Shown: one piece after another, positions 46,101-54,892 of the stretch
Layout of the letters: the number at the start of each line of letters is the position of its first letter
Numbering within the stretch: the stretch's first letter is position 1
Assembly (NCBI GenBank): GCA_046328995.1
Contig: JAXLVN010000001.1
Span: forward strand, 39,477-103,476
DNA: 64,000 bases
Source of the DNA: Candidatus Kapaibacterium sp.
GTDB taxonomy: Bacteria; Bacteroidota; Ignavibacteria; Kapaibacteriales; UBA961
Reading direction: 5' to 3'
The notes under the pieces: model-generated
Seen by the model: only the letters and a program-made list of their open reading frames with translations
Told to the model about the DNA's origin: nothing
Database searches by the model: none
Program-made: the position numbers and the translations under genes

Positions 46101-47844
46101 TCTCCGGCATCAGGATTCGATTATTACAGGGAGTTTGGAAATTACGAACCCAAAGGTATCGGGCGCTCCGCAGGTACTGCGCATAGGGGTAGAGCAATTA
46201 CCTCTCAACTGTGCTTTTGCAGACGTTGAGCACCGCCTAAGCAAGACCGATCCGTTGATTATTACCGGGAAGGCAAATTCGCTCTCGATGGGTGTTTTTG
46301 CTCCGTTTATCCCGGGGATTACCAAGCTTCAGGGATTTGCAGATGCTGAAATTACGGTCGAAGGCATTGCACCGAACATTCACTACGGCGGTACAGCTTC
46401 CCTGAAAGACGCAAATTTTGTCGTTCAAAGCACGAATATCAAGTATTTTGCAGACGGGAAAATGTCGTTGAAAAACAACGAAGTAATCATCGAAAAGATG
46501 AATCTCAAGAATGATGAAGTACGCGATCTTCGCGGCGGTAAAGCAGAAATTGACGGTAGGATAATCCTGAAGGATTTTTCAATTGATTCTCTTGACCTCT
46601 CTATACGATCCCGTAAAATCTTACTGCTCAGCTCGGCATCAGCCGCAACGAGTCCTACCTTGTACGGCAAATTTATAATCTCGACAGGGTCGAATCCCTT
46701 GCACTTTTTCGGAACGTTGGAGAAGCCCTTTTTACGCGGTGATGTTAATATTGAAGATGCAATGCTTACCTTTCCTCCTGATAAGCAGCTGAAGGTATCG
46801 GCATCGACATTCCACTATATCGTCGATACATCGAAAGGGAAAGTGACGATGAAAGTGACGCAGGATACGCTATCAATTCCTATACAGAATACGACACCCA
46901 CACCTCAAGCTACTGTGAACTTGTCCGAGAGCAATAAAACGCAGAAGAAGCGCCGTGGTCCGGGAATCAATGAGTTAATCGATTATGATGTCTATGTTAA
47001 AATTCCGGGTAACTTCGGATTAAAAATGATCTTAGGACAATTTGACCAGCTCGAGGCGAATCTTGGCCCGAGGGATCGTTCCATTCCTCTCCATTATGTG
47101 CAGCCACCACTCGGCGGACCGAAGCTGTATGGTGATATTATAGTGAAAGAAGGTTCTAAGTATAAATTCTTTAAAATATTTGACGCTACCGGCAGCTTAC
47201 AGTTCACCACCGGTGCTATCGACAACCCGGAGTTAAACATCACGGCGATGTACAAAGGGCAACGAATTAAAGAATCCATCCGCGAAAATTACACGGTTGA
47301 TCTCTCGATTACCGGTTCGAAGAGAGTACCAAATGTTTCCATTAGTTATACAATCGACGGTCAGCCGGGTACCGGAGACTCTACCAAATTGAGAAGTGAT
47401 GGCATATCGATGCTGCTTGTCGGGAAAAAAATTTCCGAACTCAAACCGGGGCAAAGCAGTGGTGATCTGCTCAATCTCATGAATGAAATATCAAGCGGTA
47501 TATCGGGTGTGGCGTCGAATCAGCTCTCGAGTTTGCTGCAAGGTACCGGTGTTTTTACGGATGCTCAGATTGATTTTGTCGGTGGGTTGAAGGATTTATC
47601 GTCGGCGAGACTCAGTCTCAGCGGGCAGCTGTTCGGGAATGTATCCTGGCGTCTCGGCGGTACACTCGGGGATATGTCTGCTAATAGTCAATTTAGTATC
47701 GACTTACCGGGAAGCCTTTTAGGTAATTATGACCTACTGAATAATGTCATGTTACAGCTGACACGCACGATTAATACCTCCAATACGACAAGTCGTCAGC
47801 AAAAAGATTGGGAAATCAAGCCGGGGATTCGATATTCCTTTTAA
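43162..47844 (+). CDS. tamB: Translocation and assembly module protein TamB (AsmA-like, DUF490 C-terminus)
   Basis: 1560 aa; single N-terminal TM anchor (…MVWSFLLVLLLSLSVIIL); beta-rich repetitive body; C-terminal …KDWEIKPGIRYSF typical of TamB/DUF490. Confidence 0.7.
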   Translation: MTEETIVQHIKEDEEKSRKKGIIFFLWRVIRGLMVWSFLLVLLLSLSVIILSQTESFRRWAAPHIQGIVNDQLVGRIEFSDFEISILEGLVFHDVRVLAAGDTVLATRKITLGYDLERLFSNEIYVTTLTIETPRIKILRSMDSIWNVSKIAKPSTDTTPANPFTWKIHAYNIALQGGTITVYDSTLMVGTAPEGALDFSHLHLWNVHLGLSADASIAQKDFAVSLYKLSFDEATGLSVKELSCKATVNTKGVDLRALRYVTADSKLVLSAHADSLNIFEGDVGEKFIRTPLSLELDADSLHTKDLLRFLPYAGVYGTYKLSLKAQGTLPLLSIDKLLVESPTSRLQATGRLRHLDHPEKLSFQATVIKSFINYNELQASAQSLYLPKLDFLGTVRLTKASIDALPSDSLAIYADAMTASGKVTGDLTLFLRDTLTYRGNLQATNINLATITKNTSLESAINAHIDIHGKGIMLGELDAFATIESLNSTFAGRHWSKMYFSGGSHGQGIVNIDSLLLDVAEKLPEPDSLAYDPFAEKIPSQVFTGSGMVDLRNVQNPRYHITGNFEHFPLAKLLDNTAFPRMIGANFMINGSGFHPDSLEGKYHFQFRELTFPDRTFLPWKLQVDINRDFLSRERTIDIQSPIISGKVVGWFTLDDLIRESSSQGKIVAQFLQHKIPILTASIGGAKLSAPDAPLDYLHARRPLDVRFDINVRDITPVNVLLGKDLTLDIKAGIHGAMKADSMQSLTELNDITIENSRLIASGTTIQSDKIQTSARVLLRHTGSLTEVSKLVLTTRCDSMLYIDDAVLYRPSVHLDYSSGQMALSASGVLNNEISGAISGTLNFRDSVVDFALDTLNVGFGGMKWQSYKISTGSFTHQGVQVSKLEMRRKNAERVEFKGLISDSHFKDFTVSLHEFPLRELTKFQFIDDDTKLLLKTLEGEATVLQIDLNGTYKKPIISCTGQFDNLAYNGIAIGNQTLNLRHQDSIITGSLEITNPKVSGAPQVLRIGVEQLPLNCAFADVEHRLSKTDPLIITGKANSLSMGVFAPFIPGITKLQGFADAEITVEGIAPNIHYGGTASLKDANFVVQSTNIKYFADGKMSLKNNEVIIEKMNLKNDEVRDLRGGKAEIDGRIILKDFSIDSLDLSIRSRKILLLSSASAATSPTLYGKFIISTGSNPLHFFGTLEKPFLRGDVNIEDAMLTFPPDKQLKVSASTFHYIVDTSKGKVTMKVTQDTLSIPIQNTTPTPQATVNLSESNKTQKKRRGPGINELIDYDVYVKIPGNFGLKMILGQFDQLEANLGPRDRSIPLHYVQPPLGGPKLYGDIIVKEGSKYKFFKIFDATGSLQFTTGAIDNPELNITAMYKGQRIKESIRENYTVDLSITGSKRVPNVSISYTIDGQPGTGDSTKLRSDGISMLLVGKKISELKPGQSSGDLLNLMNEISSGISGVASNQLSSLLQGTGVFTDAQIDFVGGLKDLSSARLSLSGQLFGNVSWRLGGTLGDMSANSQFSIDLPGSLLGNYDLLNNVMLQLTRTINTSNTTSRQQKDWEIKPGIRYSF

Positions 47845-47845
47845 T

Positions 47846-47878
47846 GAAAAAAAAGTCGCTTGACAAATGTCAAACGAC
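47846..47878 (-). terminator. Terminator between tamB and response-regulator gene
   Basis: A-run then hairpin gtcgcttgaca-aa-tgtcaaacgac on + strand (hairpin followed by U-run in minus orientation), immediately 3' of the minus-strand regulator gene. Confidence 0.45.
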
Positions 47879-47937
47879 TGATGGGAGAGAGAAGAGAAAC
47901 GCGCATGCTGGGTCATACAAGTCCGGCGGCCCTGAGG

Positions 47938-48639
47938 CTATTTTTTATTGGCAAGGATACTAAGCTTGTAGCCGGTTCCGTGAATATTGACAATTTCGAC
48001 CGAGCGGTCTTCTTTCATATATTTACGGAGCTTCGTGATAAAGACATCCATACTCCGGCCGTTGAAATAGCTGTCATTACCCCATATTTGCTTGAGAGCC
48101 ACTTCACGACGCAGCACATTATTTTTATACTGACACAAGAGCTTGAGCAGGTCGGCCTCCTTGCTTGTCAGCGGCTGCTGTTTGACACCAATTTGAAGGA
48201 GTCGTTGCTGATAGTCAAACGAATATTCACCTACCGTAAACTGATCTTCTTCCATCACATTCGCTGTACCGTTTTGACATCTGCGCAGCACGGCCTGTAT
48301 CCTGCACAGCAGCTCATCGGCACTGAACGGCTTGGTGACATAGTCATCGGCACCAATGCTGAATCCCTCGATTTTGTCCTCTTTCATCCCTTTTGCTGTC
48401 AGGAAAATAATCGGAATCGTACGATTAATGGTGCGAATTTGTCCGGCTAATTCAAAACCGTCCTTTTTGGGCATCATCACGTCGAGTACGCAGAGGTCAA
48501 ACTGTCCTTTGTTGTACTCGTCCCAGCCAAGCTCACCGTCGGCCGCGAGCGTTACTTTATAGCCTTTGAGCTGTAAATATTCTTGTAAAATAGAACCAAG
48601 ATTTGCATCATCTTCGACTAATAAAATACTGCTTTCCAT
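47938..48639 (-). CDS. OmpR/PhoB-family response regulator (receiver + winged-helix)
   Basis: LLVEDDANLGSIL...DLCVLDVMMPKKDGFEL receiver domain; C-terminal winged-helix (…FITKLRKYMK…TGYKL). Confidence 0.8.
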   Translation of the reverse strand: MESSILLVEDDANLGSILQEYLQLKGYKVTLAADGELGWDEYNKGQFDLCVLDVMMPKKDGFELAGQIRTINRTIPIIFLTAKGMKEDKIEGFSIGADDYVTKPFSADELLCRIQAVLRRCQNGTANVMEEDQFTVGEYSFDYQQRLLQIGVKQQPLTSKEADLLKLLCQYKNNVLRREVALKQIWGNDSYFNGRSMDVFITKLRKYMKEDRSVEIVNIHGTGYKLSILANKK

Positions 48640-48675
48640 AGATAATACTCGTGTAAACGTTTAATAAATATGTGA

Positions 48676-50781
48676 TTATAAATAGCTCTGAAATGGTATG
48701 TATAGTTCAAACAAACTACCTTTTCCGAGTTCGCTATGCACCGAAACTTTACCGCCGTGCGCCTCGATCATGGACTTGACATAGCTTAGTCCGAGACCGA
48801 ATCCCTTGACATCGTGACGGTTACCGGTAGGGACGCGGTAGAATCGCTCGAAGACCCTGCGTTGCTGTTCACGATTCATGCCGATTCCATTATCCTGTAT
48901 TGCGATGACAATGCCGTCGCAGGTATTGCGTGTCGAGACGGTAATGATAGGTTGCTGAGGAGAATATTTATTGGCATTATCAAGCAAATTGTGGAGAATG
49001 TTGCTGATATGTGCTTCATCAGCGAAGAGATACGAGCGTTCGGATTCTAAATTGCAATAGATTGCACCGCCTTTTTTCTCGACCTGCATCGAGATATGCT
49101 GTACTGCAGAGAGAATAGATTGATGAATATCCATTTCGCGACGGTTGATAGTGAATTTACCTTTTTCGAGAGCAGCTGCCTGTAGGATCAACTCTACTTG
49201 CTTGCCGAGACGCTTGTTCTCATCAAAAATCACATTGACGAAACGTGAGCGGCGCTCTTCGCTTGCAGCGATAGTATCATCACGAAGGGCTTCGCTGGCC
49301 AAAGAAATTGTTGCAATCGGTGTCTGAAATTCGTGGGTCATGTTGTTGATGAAATCCGTCTTGAGGTCTGTAAGCTTTTTCTGCCGCACCAACGCAATGA
49401 CCGTGAATCCGAACGTACCGATGATAATCGAAAGAAATACTCCCGACGACGCCATCAATGCCCATAACGATTGCAAAATATAGGACTTTTGGTCAGGAAA
49501 GAATACCCTGAGTGAGTAGTGTTTGGGTAGGATGTCATTCGGGAACATCGTCGCGGTATAGACACTCGATTTTGTTTCTCTCCGCACGGTCGGTGTATTT
49601 GCGAGCAAGACCGAGTCATTCTTTTCAAGAAGGACTGCATATTCACAGTTAAGGAGAATACCTTTATTGCGCATGTTCTGCTGGAGCAGTGAGTCTAAAC
49701 GCGATGGCTGTACTCTATCCTGGAGTGTTTTCATCTCACTGAGCTCGCAGACAAGCTTTACGGCTACATCACTGAATTGCTCCACTTTACGGGAAATTTT
49801 CTTGGCTTTTTCTTCAGTATTCGAGGTTTTTTTAGACTTTCTGACGACCGAAGGCTTTGATGCAGCGACCGTTGCTACCTCGTCGTCGCTTTCGGGATGA
49901 TCCTCGATATTCATCCATATATCAGGTTCATTTTGCTCGAGATGCAAGATGACATTCTGAACAATATTATTTTTCTGTGAGTTCACGCATTGCTGCAATG
50001 AGTCGCGTACTTCGCTCCGGCTTGCGCTTCGGCTACGTGTATTACCAAAAATTACTCTCCCGTTTTGAGTCAATATCTGGAATGAATTATTACCGACGCC
50101 GAAGGTTAGTGTCTTGGTCATCGAATCACTCGTTTGCGATTGAAGTCTTTTTACGCGAACTCGGAGTGCAGAATCCTGCTTCCACATGTTTTTTTGTGCA
50201 GCAGCGAGTACCCGCTGATTTTCCTGCATTTGTTGCGTAGCTGCAGAGGAGGTCCAGATGGCATTATCTGTCATCATATAGGAAAATTGACGTTCAGCAG
50301 CGTTTTGTTCGAGAAGTGCGGTATTGTTTTTATCAGATTGATTAATTTGCGTGAATAAATGTGCGTTTTTCGTATGCGACGACTGAGCACGGGCAGTGAT
50401 TTCAACCGGCATTGTCGCAGGCGTATGACTGTCAAAGGGAGAAGAGGAGATATGTTGATACTGCGAAGCAGGTAGTGGGCGAGAAACGATTTCCGGTGGT
50501 GTCGGAGGCTGCACGGGGCGCTTTTTTACTTTTGGAAGTGGATTCACCGGGGTAAAGTTACGAAGTGTGTCGGTAGGTGTCAGCTCCTGTCTGACAGCAC
50601 TGGCTGATTCCTGAATCTCGAGAGTGTGAACAATACTTCCTAGCGCATCGGTCACATTTTGTGCAAATCGCTCTTCTTTGACATGAATGGCAGTGTCGAT
50701 CCAATAGAGCTGTACTCCAATTAACCCCAACAGGGCTAAGGACATGGCAGCAACGATACCGTAAATTCTTTTTGTAGTCAT
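48676..50781 (-). CDS. Sensor histidine kinase (two-component partner of 47938-48639)
   Basis: N-terminal TM, long periplasmic region, second TM (LMASSGVFLSIIIGTFGFTVIAL), HisKA H-box MTHEFQTPIATISL, HATPase motifs DNGIGM, GFGLGLSYV. Confidence 0.75.
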   Translation of the reverse strand: MTTKRIYGIVAAMSLALLGLIGVQLYWIDTAIHVKEERFAQNVTDALGSIVHTLEIQESASAVRQELTPTDTLRNFTPVNPLPKVKKRPVQPPTPPEIVSRPLPASQYQHISSSPFDSHTPATMPVEITARAQSSHTKNAHLFTQINQSDKNNTALLEQNAAERQFSYMMTDNAIWTSSAATQQMQENQRVLAAAQKNMWKQDSALRVRVKRLQSQTSDSMTKTLTFGVGNNSFQILTQNGRVIFGNTRSRSASRSEVRDSLQQCVNSQKNNIVQNVILHLEQNEPDIWMNIEDHPESDDEVATVAASKPSVVRKSKKTSNTEEKAKKISRKVEQFSDVAVKLVCELSEMKTLQDRVQPSRLDSLLQQNMRNKGILLNCEYAVLLEKNDSVLLANTPTVRRETKSSVYTATMFPNDILPKHYSLRVFFPDQKSYILQSLWALMASSGVFLSIIIGTFGFTVIALVRQKKLTDLKTDFINNMTHEFQTPIATISLASEALRDDTIAASEERRSRFVNVIFDENKRLGKQVELILQAAALEKGKFTINRREMDIHQSILSAVQHISMQVEKKGGAIYCNLESERSYLFADEAHISNILHNLLDNANKYSPQQPIITVSTRNTCDGIVIAIQDNGIGMNREQQRRVFERFYRVPTGNRHDVKGFGLGLSYVKSMIEAHGGKVSVHSELGKGSLFELYIPFQSYL

Positions 50782-51000
50782 GATTCGTACGACGCAATTG
50801 TAGTTGAAATTGAATTCTGGAACTGCAAAAATACGTGCTTACCGTTTGTTGTGACAGGTCTTTAACACAACATTAACATACTCGATTCAGTTTTTTAAAT
50901 TGTCCACATTATAGACGTTTTGCCTGAGGAATTCCTGACGTTTACTATGACGAAAGGTTTCGTTTAGACTGTTTACTCTATCAAAAAGTTACAATTCCCC

Positions 51001-51336
51001 ATGAAATATATCATAGACCCACGGGTAAAAAGTAGTATTCAGAATGAACTCATTACTGCTCAAGTGGCATTATCCGAGGGAAATGACGGCAAAGCACGAG
51101 TTGCGGCCCGGAGGGTTGTCGTTGCCGTCATGCAAGAGGTGTTCGGTGCGAATCTCGGTGTAGAATTTACCTCCTCGGCTGCTCTTGAGTACCTTGCCAA
51201 GACCATGGATTTTCCGGAAACGGTACGTTCGGCTGCCACGCGGTTACAGGGAGGATTACGCGCAAAAATCGAAGGGAACGTCTATTCCGAAAATCCAATC
51301 GACGATGCTGAGATTATTATTCGGTATTTTAGTTAA
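51001..51336 (+). CDS. Hypothetical small protein
   Basis: 111-aa ORF, no signal peptide, no recognisable motif. Confidence 0.35.
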   Translation: MKYIIDPRVKSSIQNELITAQVALSEGNDGKARVAARRVVVAVMQEVFGANLGVEFTSSAALEYLAKTMDFPETVRSAATRLQGGLRAKIEGNVYSENPIDDAEIIIRYFS

Positions 51337-51440
51337 ATTTGTATAAATTGAGTGTACAGACGGTAGAATATATTTCAAAATCATGCGCACTGAGCCGTGA
51401 ATGTCACGCGTGAATGTCGCATACTATTCCACATATATCT

Positions 51441-51983
51441 ATGATGAAGTCGTATTATCTTGCCCTCGTTCTCTTTTTGTGTGTATCTTCTTTCATGATG
51501 AGTCAGGAGCGTACCTATACCGTCGGACAGCCGATTGAGCACACGAAGAAAGTAGAAGACCCAAAGCTGAATCTAAGCGTAACACCGAAAAATAATAAGT
51601 GGAAAGCAGGAAAAGCCGTCAAGCTGAAACTCAAAATTAAAATCCCTAAAAAATGGCATCTGTACGGGACCGAACTGCAGGAAAATAAAGATGGTATCGG
51701 ACCTCAGCCCACTGAAATTACCCTCAAAGACTCGATGCCGACACTCAGCCTAGGCACGATAACTCCTCCAAAAACACATGTCGAGTATGATGAAGGATTC
51801 GAAATGGACGTCAAAACCATCGAAGGAGAGGTGACAATTGACCTGCCAATTACCATATCAGCAGATGCGGCAGCCGGAAAATATACGTCCATCGTAGCTG
51901 TGTATTTCCAAATGTGCGACGGAAAAACATGTCTCACACCTCACGAAGAAACAGTCTCGTTCGAATACGAAATTGTCAAATGA
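51441..51983 (+). CDS. DsbD N-terminal (alpha) domain-like secreted protein
   Basis: Start at MMKSYYLALVLFLCVSSFMMSQE signal; C-terminal YFQMCDGKTCLTPHE resembles the DsbD-alpha Cys pair; similar to N-terminus of the adjacent full-length DsbD. Confidence 0.45.
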   Translation: MMKSYYLALVLFLCVSSFMMSQERTYTVGQPIEHTKKVEDPKLNLSVTPKNNKWKAGKAVKLKLKIKIPKKWHLYGTELQENKDGIGPQPTEITLKDSMPTLSLGTITPPKTHVEYDEGFEMDVKTIEGEVTIDLPITISADAAAGKYTSIVAVYFQMCDGKTCLTPHEETVSFEYEIVK

Positions 51984-52025
51984 TACATCGTCGATTTGCA
52001 TAACCCTTGAATATCCTACACGTTT

Positions 52026-54176
52026 ATGAAAAAATATCTTCTATTGAGCGTAATCGTTATTACCTCTCTCTGTACTCTTTCTAGCTCACCGATGCAGATT
52101 GTCGAGCGGGCGAAATTCTCCCTGTCAACCAAAGCCCCCCGCGAACTCAAGCTCAAAGTAGGCGATACCGTCAGCGTGCCCCTCACGATTACCATCGATA
52201 AGGGATGGCATGCATATGATATGCAGCAAGAAGAGAGAAATAAGAAATCTCCGATGGGTATGGGTCCAATGGCGTTGTCCGTAAGTCAGCGTAAATCACC
52301 CAACTTTAAAATTGGCAAAGTACTAGCACCAAAATCAGAAATAAGCTATGACTCTACCTTTGAAGTCAAAATAGGGGAATATCATGGCAAAATTGACCTA
52401 CAGATTCCGGTTATTGCCAAGCGAACCCTCAAAATCGGCTCGTATAACGATTCAATTGAAGTGAATATTCAAGTCTGTAATATTGAAGGTATTTGTACAA
52501 ATCTCATCAAGCTATTCCCAATAAAATTAGTCATTACCGCAGAATCGGTCGGAGCCGTTGCTGAGCCCGAACCTGCTGCTCCAAGTGTTTCTTCAAATTC
52601 TCCAAATGTCACAACGGCACACAGCGGCACACACCTTTGTAATGACCAATCCTGCGACTGCAACTGTGACCTTTGCAAAGCCGCCCGAAAGGCGAATGAT
52701 TCAACAAAAGCAGCTACTGCAAAGAATACTACAACTTCGACAACTACGACAAAGCAAGGTGGCTCAACCAATACTGATACTGAATCGCAAAAAGCAATTA
52801 AAGACGTAAAGAAAAAAGGAGTTTGGTCGTTCTTATGGTTCGCTATGACCGCCGGAGCTGCAGCTTTGCTCACACCGTGCGTATTCCCAATGGTTCCGAT
52901 AACGGTGTCGTTCTTTACCAAACGTTCCGAAAAAGAAAAGGCACGCGGACTGCGTGACTCGATAGTCTATGCTCTTGGAATTATTGGTACTTTTACCGGA
53001 TTGGGCATTCTTTTGGCTGTATTATTGGGAGCCGCAGGGATTCAGGATTTTGCTGCCAACCCATGGGTAAATGTTGGTATCGCCGTAATATTTCTGGTTT
53101 TTGCGATGAACTTATTCGGTGCATTTGAAATTCAGATCCCAACGTCAGTTCTGAACAAACTGAATTTGGCGTCAACCGGAAGTGGACTTACCAGCGTCCT
53201 TTTGATGGGACTTACGTTCTCATTAACCAGCTTTACCTGTACTGTTCCATTTGTGGGCTCAGCTCTCATCGCTGCGGCTGATGGTGAATGGTTCTATCCA
53301 ATCATCGGAATGCTTGGCTTCTCAGGCACATTTGCGATTCCATTCTTCCTGCTTGCATTATTTCCTTCGAAGTTATCGAAATTACCCAAAGCCGGCGGCT
53401 GGATGAACAACATGAAAGTCGTCATGGGTTTTCTCGAAATTGCCGCTGCCATGAAATTCATCAGCAATTTTGAAATGGCTTGGAAATGGGGAATTCTTCC
53501 ACGGGAAATGTTCCTTTCTGTCTGGATCGGAAGTAGTATTTTAATTGTTATCTATGTGCTTGGTGTCTATCGCCTTAAACTTGACTCCCCAGTGTCCAAC
53601 GTGAGCGCATTCCGTATCGTATGGGCTATCTTTTTTGCGACAATTACGCTCTACCTCATGACCGGTTTGTTTGGTGGTAAATCACTTGGTACATTGGAAG
53701 CATTTTTACCTTTACCATCCCCTCAGTACGAAGAAATAACCAAAGGCAAGAAACAGCAACCAAGCTCCAAACCAACCGGTAACACAAACGCTGCACAAAT
53801 GAATGTACAGCAAGAAGAGCATTGGTTTTCAAATTATAAAGATGCTCTTGCTGAAGCTAAAAAATTGAATAAACCCATATTTATTGATTTTACCGGTGTT
53901 TTCTGTACAAATTGCCGATGGATGGAAAGGAATATATTTACTAAACCAGAAGTTAATTCTTTGATGAGTGATTTAGTTCGTGTACGACTTTATACTGATC
54001 AACAAACAGATGAGGATAAATGGAATAAAAACATGATGATGACGAGGTTCAATTCCATCGAATTACCGCTTTACGCTATCGTCAGTCCGGATGATAAAAT
54101 ACTAGAAACGCAATCATTTACAAAAGATCAAGCAGAGTTTATTGAGTTTATTAATAAAGGTTCGGGAAAGAAATAA
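52026..54176 (+). CDS. dsbD: Thiol:disulfide interchange protein DsbD-family (alpha domain + TM core + thioredoxin-like domain)
   Basis: N-terminal VCNIEGICTNL; TM core with conserved Cys (LLTPCVFPMVPI, FTCTVPFVGS); C-terminal thioredoxin-like FIDFTGVFCTNCRWMERN (CxxC). Confidence 0.7.
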   Translation: MKKYLLLSVIVITSLCTLSSSPMQIVERAKFSLSTKAPRELKLKVGDTVSVPLTITIDKGWHAYDMQQEERNKKSPMGMGPMALSVSQRKSPNFKIGKVLAPKSEISYDSTFEVKIGEYHGKIDLQIPVIAKRTLKIGSYNDSIEVNIQVCNIEGICTNLIKLFPIKLVITAESVGAVAEPEPAAPSVSSNSPNVTTAHSGTHLCNDQSCDCNCDLCKAARKANDSTKAATAKNTTTSTTTTKQGGSTNTDTESQKAIKDVKKKGVWSFLWFAMTAGAAALLTPCVFPMVPITVSFFTKRSEKEKARGLRDSIVYALGIIGTFTGLGILLAVLLGAAGIQDFAANPWVNVGIAVIFLVFAMNLFGAFEIQIPTSVLNKLNLASTGSGLTSVLLMGLTFSLTSFTCTVPFVGSALIAAADGEWFYPIIGMLGFSGTFAIPFFLLALFPSKLSKLPKAGGWMNNMKVVMGFLEIAAAMKFISNFEMAWKWGILPREMFLSVWIGSSILIVIYVLGVYRLKLDSPVSNVSAFRIVWAIFFATITLYLMTGLFGGKSLGTLEAFLPLPSPQYEEITKGKKQQPSSKPTGNTNAAQMNVQQEEHWFSNYKDALAEAKKLNKPIFIDFTGVFCTNCRWMERNIFTKPEVNSLMSDLVRVRLYTDQQTDEDKWNKNMMMTRFNSIELPLYAIVSPDDKILETQSFTKDQAEFIEFINKGSGKK

Positions 54177-54199
54177 TCATTAACCCATAAGGAAAACCC

Positions 54200-54508
54200 A
54201 TGACAGATATCTTTACCTCGCTCAGCAGTCATATTGAAATGGTGTATATCATTATCCTCTCGATATTTGTGGGGATTGAAGTGATATCGAAGGTTCCTGC
54301 CGTCCTCCACACGCCGCTCATGTCCGGCGCTAATGCCATTCACGGTGTGGTGATTGTCGGCGCGATTATCGTCATGGGGCATGCCGAAAGCCATAATATC
54401 CTCGCTCTCGTTCTCGGATTCCTCGCCGTCGTCCTCGGTACACTCAATGTAGTAGGAGGATTCGTGGTGACTGACCGGATGCTCGAGATGTTTAAGAAGA
54501 AGAAGTAA
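54200..54508 (+). CDS. NAD(P) transhydrogenase alpha subunit part 2 (PntAB-like small membrane subunit)
   Basis: 102 aa, 3 TM; VPAVLHTPLMSGANAIHGVVIVGAII matches PntAB/PntA C-terminal membrane segment; no dI or beta subunit genes adjacent. Confidence 0.5.
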   Translation: MTDIFTSLSSHIEMVYIIILSIFVGIEVISKVPAVLHTPLMSGANAIHGVVIVGAIIVMGHAESHNILALVLGFLAVVLGTLNVVGGFVVTDRMLEMFKKKK

Positions 54509-54532
54509 TTACCAGGAATACGCGATAGACAA

Positions 54533-54578
54533 AAGCCTCATTACGAATGCGTAATGAGGCTTTTTTATTGGTAGGAAT
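54533..54578 (+). terminator. Rho-independent terminator
   Basis: Perfect hairpin gcctcattacg-aat-gcgtaatgaggc followed by ttttttatt. Confidence 0.75.
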
Positions 54579-54654
54579 GACGGAACATTTTTATGGGTCT
54601 CTGACAATTTTTGTGGTACCGATTAATGAATGTCCAAAATTGTATGTTGCAACA

Positions 54655-54756
54655 GTCCCATCGGGACGATATATTGGTAGAAAACGAGATTCTGATATGC
54701 CACAAAGTCCCGTAGGGACGATATATCAATTCTATAAAGTTTTGTCCCTACAGGAC
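54655..54756. repeat. Three GTCCC-N3-GGGAC-type palindromes (two followed by GATATAT) in convergent intergenic region
   Basis: gtcccatcgggac (54655-54667)+gatatat, gtcccgtagggac (54707-54719)+gatatat, gtccctacaggac (54744-54756). Confidence 0.5.
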
Positions 54757-54892
54757 TTACTCGTGCATTCGTCCTCATTTTCTACCTATATGTCATCGCT
54801 AACGCGATTGAGGAGGACGATGAGTCTGTAGCAATTCAACCACAAAAATTGTCAAAGAACCATTTTTAATTCTATAATAGTTGCGAAGTAAA

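Noticed and set aside
47860-48450. 196-aa plus-strand ORF antisense to the response-regulator gene
   Set aside because: The minus-strand frame encodes a textbook OmpR-family receiver plus winged-helix protein; the antisense ORF has no features.
54547-54831. 94-aa ORF in the pntAB/GH51 intergenic region
   Set aside because: Spans the three GTCCC...GGGAC palindromes and yields a repeat-derived peptide; overlaps a strong terminator; not considered coding.
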